Of a stretch of 64,000 nucleotides of DNA, positions 52,637 to 64,000 are shown in pieces. Positions within the stretch are counted from its first letter, which is position 1. Every line of letters begins with the position of its first letter. This DNA is from the human T2T-CHM13v2.0 reference genome, Homo sapiens. The notes under the pieces are model-generated. The model made no database searches, was not told the DNA's origin, and saw only the letters and a list, made by a program, of their open reading frames with translations. The stretch is from assembly GCA_009914755.4 (NCBI GenBank), contig CP068257.2, positions 37,024,001-37,088,000 on the forward strand, written 5' to 3'. The position numbers and the translations under genes were made by a program.

Positions 52637-54289
52637 ACTCTTCAGGTATTTGGTCCCATTGCCTAAAATCCCAGCTTTTTGACATTGCATTCAAAGCCAT
52701 TTATGAGCTAGCCTTTCCCTCTCTCTCTGACTCTATCCTATAACCACCTGCATTTCATCTCTTCCCTCTTGCATGGTTTTTCCAGCAACATCAAAGTAAA
52801 GATGCCTTTACTGATAAAAGACCACTCACCAGAAATGTTTAGGAGATTATTCCCTCGAAGGGGTGAGCAGGTGTCCTACCCAATGACTGACTGATACAGG
52901 AACACAAAAGCCCAGCTTCCATGCACTAAGGAGGGACAACTCCACAGTGCCCCGAGTGTCCATGTGTGAGTAGGCTGAAGTGAGACCTCAGCTGGAACCA
53001 CGTCTTTGCCCAGCTTATTCTCAGCCCTATTTCACATCTCTCATCACTCCTCAGAGACTGCCCTCAATAAATTACTTGCACAAAAATCCCCATATCAGGC
53101 TCTTCTTCTAGGAAACCCAATGTAAGAGAGGCATTTCTCACTTAACAACCAAAACAATGCTTTTGATGGACTTGTCCCCTAAATTGGCCTATGATCCATC
53201 CATCCTCTTCATCTCCATAAATGACATCACTTGCTCCACTGCTTGGTGCCAAAACCTAGGAATTGTCCTTGGTTCTTATCTTTCTCTCATGCTCCAGATG
53301 CAATCTGTCAGCAAATCCTGCTACCTTTGCCTGGCACATCCTGAATCTGACTCCGGCTCAGCACCTCACCTCCCATCTGGACTGAAAGAGCCTCCTTACT
53401 CGTGTCTGATTCCCTGTTCTTGTTCCTCTTTAATCAGTTCTCCACAGAGCTGCCAGAGTGAGCCTCTCAAAATGTAAGTAGAAAAAAGTGCCTCCTCTGC
53501 TCAGAATCCTGTAGTGGCTACCTATTATGCCTAGAATAGAATCACTTGGCCTCTTGTGATCTCTTCAGCTAAGTCTTCCACCTCATTGTATTAATCAGCT
53601 AAAGCTAAGACATGGCAGGTAACAAGCATTCCCCAAGTCTCAGCAGCTTGCTCCAACTACATGTCTTAGGGCTACTCCAACACAAGAGGGCAAATGACAT
53701 CCCCAGAATGTTTTGCAATCCCTACCCAAAGTACAACTAACTATACGTATTGGTTTCATGGGCACTATAAAGACACATTTTTACTTTTTCATTCATCACT
53801 GTTAAATATCCATTCCCTTAAAAATTCATAGGTAAAAAATGTTTGGAGAGAAAAATAAAAATAAAATAGAACATATCCTGTCTAAATAATATTAATTAAC
53901 AAATACCATATATGTTATCTTTAAAGAAAAACAGTAACAATGGGCAATGGATGTGACTTAAGAAGTGAAGACTCACAGTACTGTTAAACTCAATATGTGT
54001 TTTTAATATTCACTGACTCTCTAAAAAATGATATGGGAAGTGTACGAAGTATTTCTCTTGTGTCATTCTCTTTTATCCACTTGAGAAATGTTCTCCGTTA
54101 TGGCTCTTCTCTTTAAAGAGCTGGGTGAAATATCTCTGCAACCAACAAACAACCTGCCTCTACTCCAGGCACTGCTGTGCCTCTCTTTCTCCTTCAAGAT
54201 CCAACTTAAAAGTCACCTTCTCTACGAAATCGTCCAGCCTTCAAAAGCACCCATCCTGTTTCCTCTGGGTTTCCATTTGATTTTGCCCT

Positions 54290-54375
54290 GTTCATCTTCT
54301 TTTCCTTAGCAACAAGCCTAGGCCCTATGCACAGACTGTGTCAAATAAATGTTGAGTGAATGAAAGTATTAATGA
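54290..54375 (+). mobile_element. MIR SINE 3' fragment
   Basis: ..CTAGGCCCTATGCACAGACTGTGTCAAATAAATGTTGAGTGAATGAAAG resembles the MIR tail. Confidence 0.4.
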
Positions 54376-55077
54376 TCTAGAATGGGCACAGTGGAGTGGG
54401 CTGCACAACTTCAGGCATTTCCCAAACTCCTTTGGAGAAGAGGAAAGTTTCTAGAATCACAGGTAGCTCAGAATTTGCTCAAACTAATCCATCACAAATG
54501 AGCATGAAAAGATGCCTCTTTCTGTGCTCAGCATAATTTAAAAAATATATATCTAATTCAACATTCTGCTGGTAAAGGAGCATCTAAATAAAAAAAAGTT
54601 TTGACATCTCTTGATCAAACATGCTATTGCCTGCTTCTGTTTGGAGCACACAATGTCTATCATGGGTGTTTCTCGGGAGTCAATGACGATGAACAACAAG
54701 TTAATGGCCTGATTTATTCAAACGCGTCTCTGGACAGGCACTCAGTGGTGGCTCACACAGAAAGTTTTCTCCTTGGGATGAACAAGATCCACTGGTCCAC
54801 TTGCTAGGTTTCCATGCCCAGACAAATAGGGGAAAAATAGAGAAATCCTTCCACAGTTCTGGAAATAAATTCTGGGTGTGCAAGGGATTTGGCAAAGTTA
54901 AGCATTAAACATTTGGAAAGTCAAGTTTTGGGAAAAACAGACAGACTGCGTTTCCATGTACTCCCCATAATTTTAAACCAGGAAGTACAGTGAACAATCC
55001 AAATTAGACAAAACACTGACACTGTAGTTTTGTGAAAATTCCACAGAAATGCATTTACAAAATTGTTCTCCTTTCGT

Positions 55078-55125
55078 GTGTGTGTGTGTGCACGTGTGCA
55101 TGCACTTGTGTGTGTGGTTTACAAG
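55078..55125. repeat. Imperfect (GT)n / (TGTGC) microsatellite
   Basis: tgtgtgtgtgtgtgcacgtgtgcatgcacttgtgtgtgtgg. Confidence 0.85.
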
Positions 55126-56907
55126 GCAGACCATCGTAGATGCTGGACCTCTTGGCAAATGCAATTAAAACAGCCTGGAGTACCCCACAGAGGATCATAG
55201 ATGAGCCTCAGAGACCCCTGGTGCCTTGCAAAATGCCAGTTAGCATCTTTATAAAGGATGGCTCTTGGTTTAACTACAGTGCGCCTCTGGCAAGCCACTT
55301 GTTTACGAGAATTGAGTATGACAGGGGAGATTTTTGTTCACTGGTAACCACAGGTAGAGAGTGCTGTATTCCCCCATGCCATCACCCTAATGAGAGCACA
55401 GCTGTTCACCCTCCCTTGGGGCTACCTCTGCCACCACTTGTCAGTCTAGCCCACCTGTCTCGATCACATGGAAAGTGTCATTTGGGAAGCTCGGTCCACC
55501 TCTGAAGCTGGAGCTGCTGTCAGTCAATGCTCAGAACCTCTTGGCAAAGCTCTGGCTTAATAGGAGGCTTCTTCCTGGGGTGTTGATAAAGAATGGAGTG
55601 GGTGGAGTGGTGATTTTCTCAGCAAAGGGAGCAGACCAGACACACCAAGGTCAGAGAAAGCTATTCAGTGCAGCTGTGGCTTCAGCTGACAAGTAGGCCC
55701 AAGAGGAGGGACTCAAGGTTGTGAAGTCTGGGGAGGCAAGACCATGACACTGAACTTCATTCTATAAGCAAAGGGGCACTGTAGGTGGCTTTTTTTTTTT
55801 CTTTTTGACATGAGGGGTGACCTGATCAGATTTGCATTCTGGAAGGATCAGAGGCTCAAGCGTAGAGAGAGAAAGAGAAAGAAGCAAGGGGAGCAGTTGG
55901 GGGAACTTCTGCAACTGTCTTGATAGATGTGATGGTGCCTGCTTAGGACATGGCAGAGCTGAGGAGGAAGGAAGAGATGCACGGGAGGTGGCATCGATGG
56001 GACTGTGCATTGATCATTACAGAAGTGTGAAGAGTGAAGAGCAGTGGTCTCCCCAGGTCTGACTGTCGTAGAGCCACATGGGGACACCAGAAGATGGCTT
56101 CAGAATAAACAAAGCAACCAATTTCATTTCACCCAAGGTGCAGTTGAATGCATCTGGGCATCCAGCTGTGCCCTCGCTGGGAGGATCTGGGTGAAGACCA
56201 GTATGAATCACCTGCATTGCCAGCGTGAAAGGGGCTAGGAAATTAGATCTATGTTTAGCAAAATAGTAACCAATAAAAGAATAAAAAATCATCTTCCAAT
56301 CGGAGGAATGAGAAATAATGGGTAAACAAAAGGTTAATGTGTAGGTGACTTCTAAATTTTTTGCTTTTGCTTGCCTATGCTTTCTAAAATTTCCCCAGTG
56401 AACATAAATTATTTTCTAGAAAAGAACAATCAATAGAAAGCTATTTTTAAGGGGAAAGCATGTAGACATCAGTGAACAGGGAGGCAGCAAATGAAAGATG
56501 AACGTGATGTAGTAGGTGTGAAGGGTGGGGGGAAGTGCAGCGAGCCCTGCAGCAAGACCTGGGCCATCCAGCCAAGGACACACAGCTCCCCTTCTGGCTT
56601 TCCCCGGCATCACAACAAAGGGCTTCTTCATATGGCTGCTCCTTTTCTGGAAGGTTCAGCCCCACATCATGCTCACCTCCTGAAAACACACCCTACCACC
56701 ACCACCTTCATTCATGTATGGCTTTTATCTTTTACCAAAATATACCAGACAGTATCTGTGCCTGTGGTGGGGCAGAGGGGAGGAGAGGTGTTCCAGAGAG
56801 GAAGGAGAGTGGCACCCTGCACAAGCCAGTCCTCCACATCCTATCCTCTCTCTTCACCTTCACAGCCCACTAAGTATTAAGATGCTGACTTCAATTTAGA
56901 AACTGAG

Positions 56908-57266
56908 TGTATTAGTCCATTTTTATGCTGCTGATAAAGACATACCCAAGACTGAGCAATTTACAAAAGAAAGAGGTTTAATGGACTCGCAGTTCCACAT
57001 GACTGGGGAGGCCTCACAATCATGGTAGAAGGTAAAAGACACATCTCACATGGCGGCAGACAAAAGAAGAGAGCTTGTGCAGGGAAATTCCCCTTTATAA
57101 AATCATCAGATCTTGTGAGACTTATTCACTATCAGGAGAACAGCACGGGAAAGCTCCACCCCCATGATTCAATTATCTCCCACTGTGTCCCTCCCACAAC
57201 ACATGAGGATTATGGGAGCTACAGTTCAAGATGAGATTTGGGTGAGGACACAGCCAAACCATATCA
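56908..57266 (-). mobile_element. THE1-type MaLR solo LTR (minus strand)
   Basis: TGTATTAGTCCATTTTTATGCTGCTGATAAAGACATACCCAAGACTGAGCAATTTACAAAAGAAAGAGGTTTAATGGACTCGCAGTTCCACATGACTGGGGAGGCCTCACAATCATGGTAGAAGG...GATGAGATTTGGGTGAGGACACAGCCAAACCATATCA. Confidence 0.9.
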
Positions 57267-58576
57267 CTGAGATTCAGCTGTATCAAAGAACTTGCTCCAA
57301 ACCCCTAGAGACAGTAGGTAGCAGGACCAGGACATCTAGTGCTGCCTCCCAGGCTGAAAAGCCCCTGGGGAAAAACAGAGTGATTCTGAATGTGCATTCA
57401 GGAGTAGGACCGCCTGGTTCATATCCAGCCCCACCACTAAGAGCTGTATGACTCAGGGAAAGATGGTTGCCAGCCCACCATCTGTGGTAGGTTCTTAATG
57501 AGCATTTGAGTGAGAGAGTTCATGGTTGGTGCTTAGACCATGCCAGGTGCAATATACGTGCTCAATACATGTTTTCAGTGGTTGTTTTCTTTTCAGCACT
57601 CCACTCTGCCCCTCCAGCTACTCCAGAGCCTCACTGTGAAGACACCCCCTTCTTTGGCACCTCACTGACTAGTCTTCAGACAGGCTCCAAGATGGCGGAT
57701 CCTCTGTGGTAAAGAGGATGTTGAGAAGATATCAGCTGTAAAGATCTGTTAAACCAAGTCCTCTACTGCATTCTAGTTTTCCTGACCATCCAAGAATATC
57801 TCTGAGTACTGTAATTCCTGTTCTCAGAGCTGTAGGAAACATTCAATTTGATTCTTTTCACCAGGTGTTGATAAAGTCACAGTACAAGTTCTGGGCAGTT
57901 CTAGAACTTCATGGAATCTGACAAAACTCCCAGTATGTCACTGAGTCACTTATAATTTAGTCATAGACATGATAAAACTGTTAGTGAACGAGGACTGCTT
58001 TGAGGGAAAGGAGAAGGAAATACACCCCAAGAAATGAACAGAAAAGGATGAGGCAAGGTTGTAAAACTAGAGGCTGGATGGCTGCAGGTGGAGAGGGAGG
58101 GAGCCTCCTGCTGGGAGGCAGCCCCTCCGAAGGCATGGAACTTCCGTTTCCAGCTCTTTCCAGTGGTTTGTCAGCCTACAAACCTAGCATGATATTGATG
58201 AATTAACTTACAACAAGAAATATAACCATGTGGTAGCTGATTACCACTGCCCCCTCTCTGAAGGCACAAATACACCAAAAGACAAATTATCATGAAAAGG
58301 CAGGTTAGCCATCTTGAAACCAGAGCCACTGGAGTGAGCCAAGGGAATCTTATGGCGTGGTCATCCACCTAGGACCATGATATCCCTGACACTTTCCTGT
58401 GCCCGATTCTGCACGTGACACCATCTCCATGGGGTGCGTTGTCAAAGTTTTGCCATCCTATGGAACAAGATATTACATGAGAAGCTTTCTCTGGGGCATC
58501 AAGAAAGTGATAGATTTTAGACTACAAGTGAATTGTAAAACAGACCGTAATGCAAACATTTAAAGTAGGTGATAAA

Positions 58577-58756
58577 GAACTAGTTAGATAATTTGCCCAC
58601 ATCAAGGGCATACAGAGGTCAGGCTTGAGAAGCAGAGGGTTAGTGAAAAGGATTTCTTTAGAGAAAGAACTAGTTAGATAATTCACCCACATCAAGGGCA
58701 TACAGAGGTCAGGCTTGAGAAGCAGAGGGTTAGTGAAAAGGATTTCTTTAGAGAAA
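58577..58756. repeat. 90-bp segment tandemly duplicated (2 copies, ~98 % identical)
   Basis: Copy 1 at 58577-58666 and copy 2 at 58667-58756: GAACTAGTTAGATAATT(TG/CA)CCCACATCAAGGGCATACAGAGGTCAGGCTTGAGAAGCAGAGGGTTAGTGAAAAGGATTTCTTTAGAGAAA. They differ at only 2 positions. Confidence 0.95.
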
Positions 58757-60585
58757 ACTATGAGACACCTTCTGGGGGTGGGTGAGGGAAGTGGGTGGGT
58801 GGAAGTGTGTGCCCCCCTTCATCTCAAGCCAAGAGACTGACCTCTATAGGGTTGATTGTGACCTTGCTCCATGTGCCCTGGATTTTGGGAGGCCTGGTGG
58901 ACTATGTTTGCCACCTGAGCAAAGAACCCATTGATGAGGAGCTGTGGGCTGTGGGCTTGCGGCAGCAGAACAAAGAGAGGAGCACTGGACACAGTGGGTT
59001 TGATGTCCACTTCCACCAAGAGGTGGTGCTGTCCAGGGACCAGGTGTGGGCACGTAGGAGAGAGACAGTGGATCTTAAAGCCTGCTCAGGGGACCTCCTG
59101 GAAAGGTGCTGGGACCACCACCAGGAAAGTCTGGGAGAGTAGAATTTGCACAACCATGGGCTGGAGCTGAGCAGCAGCAGGGAAGCCTGCATCACCACCT
59201 TGGGGAGGGCAGGTGAGCCTATGCAGCAGGATCCACAGCGATCCCACAAGGAACTCAGCTGCAAGCACAAGGCCATTGCTGTCACTTGGCTGAGTGCTGC
59301 TCTTCCCAGGGCTTGGTCACACGTGGGGCAGCACAGCTGTAAGACAAGGCCAATGCCTGAGACAGACAGTAGCCACCACTCCAGTGTCACTTAGATCTCT
59401 CTAAAGACAGAAAAGTAAGGAAAGAACCCAGAGTTCCATCAGGCAGAAAATAATTGAGAGAAGGAAACTTGCTGAAACCTTAATAGGATGCCTTCAAGCT
59501 ACACAAATCAGACGGAATAGTTAGGTAATGGTAAAAACTATTAAACCCAAGGGGCAGCTGAAGCGTGGGACCTGAGGCTTCCCATTTTTTAAAATGCTCA
59601 GCCAGTCCCAGTCCAGTGTTGCAAATAGAATCCTGCTTGTATCAGCTGGGGTTAGTTCAGAGAAACAGAAGCACTAGGAAGTGATAGACGATATGAGAGA
59701 TTTATTTTAGGGACTTAACTTTATGCAATTGTGGGAGCTGGTTAGAGAGTCTCCGTGAACCTGTTTTCTTTGTGTCTAGTGCTTATGCTTGAAGTCTGCA
59801 GGGTAGGCAGTCAGATTGGAAGAGCTAAAAATGATCTCCTAAATCACCTCCATACAAAACTAGAAAGAAAAATAGTGATGCCATCGGCTAATTTGCCTGC
59901 AGGAATAGGTAAAGAGAGCTCCATGCTAGGGGTGCTTGAGGTGGTTTCTGTAGATCCCCCAGAAGGCCACTGGCCCCAAAATTCTTCCTGGAAGTGAAGG
60001 TTGATGGGGAAAAGCATTTACATTCTCATCCATCATTTCCAAACCAATAATCCATTATTAACAAAAACTCATCATCCGTCACTAAGTAGGGTCAAGAGGA
60101 ATGAGTTGAGGGCAAAGATAATTCAGGTCAGGAAGTGGAGAAAGAGCTTCTGATAAACCTGATGGTTGTCAAAAGCCTTTCATATGCCTGCCATGTTTCC
60201 CTGGAGCCTCAAATCACCCCACTGGGCAAAATGGCCAGGCCTTATTATCCCCTGTTTATAGATAAAGAAACAGAGGCAGGTGCTGCTCAGCTGGGCCTCA
60301 GTGTCCTGACTCCCAGGACGGCAAGAGGCAAAGACCAGGCTGACAGGTGCCAGGGACAACTTCAGCCACTCCACTCCAAACTCCCCTGCTCATCAGACAA
60401 TAAATAAGACAGGCCTCAGTGAGGTGCCTTCTCTTCTGTAAGGCATCCCTGACACCCCTGAACCCCTCCCTCTGAATCCAACCTCATGCCACACACTCCC
60501 CAGTCTCTGTGCCACCAGCAAGATGGGTCGATGAATGGATTCAGGTTGTAAGGAGCCAGAGGATTTCACAAACTAGTATCAGAAT

Positions 60586-60990
60586 TTCAGCAGGCATCTC
60601 AGTCCATTCCTGCTGCTATAACAAAATACCTGACACCAGGTAATTTATAAATCATAGAAATGTATTCCTCACAACTCTGGAGGCTGGGAAGTCCAAGATC
60701 AACGTGCTGGCAGGCTCAGTGTCTGGTGAGGGCTGCTCTCTGCTTCCAAGATGACTCCTGTTGCTGCATCCTCCAGAGGGGACAAACGTTGCGTCCTCAT
60801 GTGGTGGGAAGGACAAATCACCCCCTCTAGCCCTTTCATAAGGTACAAACTCATTCATGAGAGCAGAGCTCTCAAGGCCCGATCACCTCCTAAAGGCTAA
60901 ACCTCTTCTTCTTGTTGCACTGGGGATTAAGTTTCAGCAAGAATTTTGGAGGGAACGCAAACATTCAAACCATAGCAGCATCCCAGGCTG
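60586..60990 (+). mobile_element. MaLR-class LTR (MLT/MER-like 'tcagtccattcctgctgctataacaaaatacc' family)
   Basis: CATCTCAGTCCATTCCTGCTGCTATAACAAAATACCTGACACCAGGTAATTTATAAATCATAGAAATGTATTCCTCACAACTCTGGAGGCTGGGAAGTCCAAGATCAACGTGCTGGCAGG..TCATGAGAGCAGAGCTCTCAAGGCCCGATCACCTCCTAAAGGCTAAACCTCTTC..GGGAACGCAAACATTCAAACCATAGCA. Confidence 0.65.
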
Positions 60991-61567
60991 AAATCAGTAG
61001 AGCAAGGCCAGCCCAGAAGGTGAGAGATGGTTTCATCTACTTCCACCCTAATCTCATAGATAATAAATCATGCCGAGAATTGGAGGCCTTAAATACAGAA
61101 GGGATCCCAACGTGGCATCTGAGGTTCTCATCACATTCACTTACAGAGGAAACTCAAAATGCAGATGCTTGGAGCACGTGATCCAACAGGTTAGGGTTGG
61201 CTTTAGACTTTGCACTTTTAGCAAACACCCTTACGAGACTCTTAGGTAGAAAGCATCATTCCAGGGGAAGCATCATTATTTCCATCACATGGACAAGGAA
61301 AGGGGACCCAGCTGGCTTAAATGGTTTGTCCCAGGCTCCACAGCAATAGAGCTGCACAGAGAGGTCCTCCTACCCTGGCCCCAGCCTTTTCTCCCTCTCG
61401 CACGCCTCTTGCTGGTGGGAACCATATCACAGTCACCTGTAACCTGGCAATAGTATAAATGAATGAATAAATGAGTGAATGCTTTCCTGCAGGACCACAT
61501 CCAGGCGTGTTGCTGTGTATCCATCTGGGGCAGAGGCGGGTAACAGAAAACATCAAAAATGAGTGAG

Positions 61568-61632
61568 CCAGAGGATTTCACAAACTAGTATCAGAATTTC
61601 AGCATGCATCTCAGTCCATTCCTGTGTTGCAG
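61568..61632 (+). repeat. Dispersed 62-bp duplicate of 60554-60618 (46 bp of LTR 5' flank plus the first ~20 bp of the LTR at 60586)
   Basis: gccagaggatttcacaaactagtatcagaatttcagca(g/t)gcatctcagtccattcctg occurs at both positions with 1 mismatch. The sequence diverges completely afterwards. Confidence 0.9.
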
Positions 61633-62620
61633 GCTCATGACGTTTTGCTCCTTGGAAAATTGTTTTGAAAGAAGAAAGCTTGTAGGTTTCTGTGTTGATT
61701 TTGAAATATTCACTCTTCACTAAGACTCTGGAGGGAATAGACAAATGGCAGAAGAGGAGAGAGTTGGCATTTATTTTCTCAACACTCTCCCTTCACTGCC
61801 TGAGCAGGCTCACCTACACCCAGGGTGCTTCACAGCTGAGAGACATCACTGGGTGCAGCTTAAATGTTTCCAACTTTGCTTTTGCAATCAAGCCAAAAGA
61901 CAAACACACTTTTTCACTAAATTCCTTCCACCCAGGTTGCAAATTGACCTTATTTTAATTTGAGGTGCATGCCTCAGCCCTTAGACATTTTACCTATCTG
62001 ACAGTGAGAACTGACATGTTCCTTAGGCAGCCCTTCCGCTTTGGCCAATTTGACTGATTAATTGAAGAACTCTTCTTGATCCTCACAGAAAGATGTCTGG
62101 CAGTGTGATATTATGGTCACATTGCTTCTGCGCTTTTGCAGCACAATGATGTCGTGAGCAGAACACGTTTATCAGCTGGCCAGGCGCTCCGGGACCTGCC
62201 GCCTGCCAAACCCAGCAGTTACACTTCGCAGTTTCCCCGATTAAAAAGTGTTTAAACATCTGCTACTTAAACAACACTTAAAAAGTAATAAATTAAAAAC
62301 AGGGGGAATAGAACTTAAATAGAGAAAGTGAGCAGAGAACTAAAAGGTCTATATAAAGAGAGAAGCCATATATTTTCGTTTCTGAAATGATCCCTTGACA
62401 ACTTAAAAGTAAGCACTAACTCAAGCGTCCAGGGTATAAAATAAATCTGAATAAGCTTAATGAAAATCAGGCAGTAGTCCATAAAGAAATGCAATATCTT
62501 TGCCCTCTTGCTTCTAATGGGTCTGAGTTTGTTTTACATGGACTTTCAGGGATGACAGGGTCCCTCAGCCAGGAGGAGAGGAGCAATGTCCTGAAGCCAA
62601 AGCTCCTCCACCATGTGTGA

Positions 62621-63090
<470 letters not shown>

Positions 63091-63123
63091 AGAACCTTCT
63101 CTCTTAATGATAGGTCATAATTA

Positions 63124-63488
<365 letters not shown>

Positions 63489-64000
63489 TTAGATAACACC
63501 GTGTTGCCCATTTAGCTGAACCATCTCTTTCATATACATGCTGTTATTTGAGAATATTCTAACTCACAACATTCATCACACCCGTCTCAAGAAGAAAAGT
63601 TAATTTCTAGAATTAAAAGTTCGGCCAGGGCGTCATATGTAAAAGGAAAGATGGAAATTCGTGGGAACACAGCAGCTTGAATCAGTTCTATCAGTTTACA
63701 CAAATGCAATTCTATGTCTCTTCTGTATCACACACAATTTCATCTCCCACCCTCTTCTCATTCTCCGATGAAGATCTACACAACTTTGTACTAGTAGTTT
63801 ATTCTTTGTTAACAATAATTGCTTTGGTACTTAGCTCAAAAACAGATTTTCTTTTTTGCACATTGCTTATGTTACAGATGTGGGTGGAGGGATTTGTATA
63901 AATAAGCATTCAGAATGTGTATAATTTCTACTGCTTGCAGTTGTTCCTCACCCTTTTCCGGTCTGGACATAACACAAGCTTCTCTCTTTGGTCTCTTTTG

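Noticed and set aside
58795-59394. Cluster of overlapping 80-160-aa ORFs on both strands in a repeat-free, moderately GC region
   Set aside because: No frame shows protein-like composition or a recognisable motif. Multiple frames are open simultaneously, and no splice-site-bounded segment is evident. It is most likely chance ORFs in GC-richer DNA. I could not exclude an old processed-pseudogene fragment without a database search.

Overview
This window is primate (human-like) nuclear genomic DNA, not a prokaryotic locus. It is AT-rich and CpG-depleted, and most of the recognisable sequence is interspersed repeats. I count about 14 Alu SINEs (several with clear target-site duplications), six THE1/MST-type MaLR solo LTRs, and four MLT/MER-like MaLR-class LTRs. 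There is a composite L1 cluster containing a near-consensus young L1 3' end. There are also MIR tails, a probable hAT DNA-transposon relic, microsatellites, a 33-bp minisatellite, and long G-rich and polypyrimidine tracts. The one outstanding non-repeat feature is a strong CpG island of about 1.7 kb at roughly 19.85-21.5 kb. It carries CCAAT and GC boxes, a palindromic TATA motif, a (GAGGAG)n repeat and splice-like signals, so it is most likely the promoter and first exon of an RNA polymerase II gene or lncRNA that I cannot name from sequence alone. I found no convincing protein-coding exon. The long six-frame ORFs are all explained by the GC-rich island or by translated repeats. There is no CRISPR array, operon, rRNA gene or tRNA gene. 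Beyond the CpG island, the most notable items are the CpG-retaining putative conserved non-coding blocks and several young or nested retrotransposon insertions. Coordinates of repeats are approximate to a few bases. Family and subfamily names come from recall of the consensus sequences, not from a database search.
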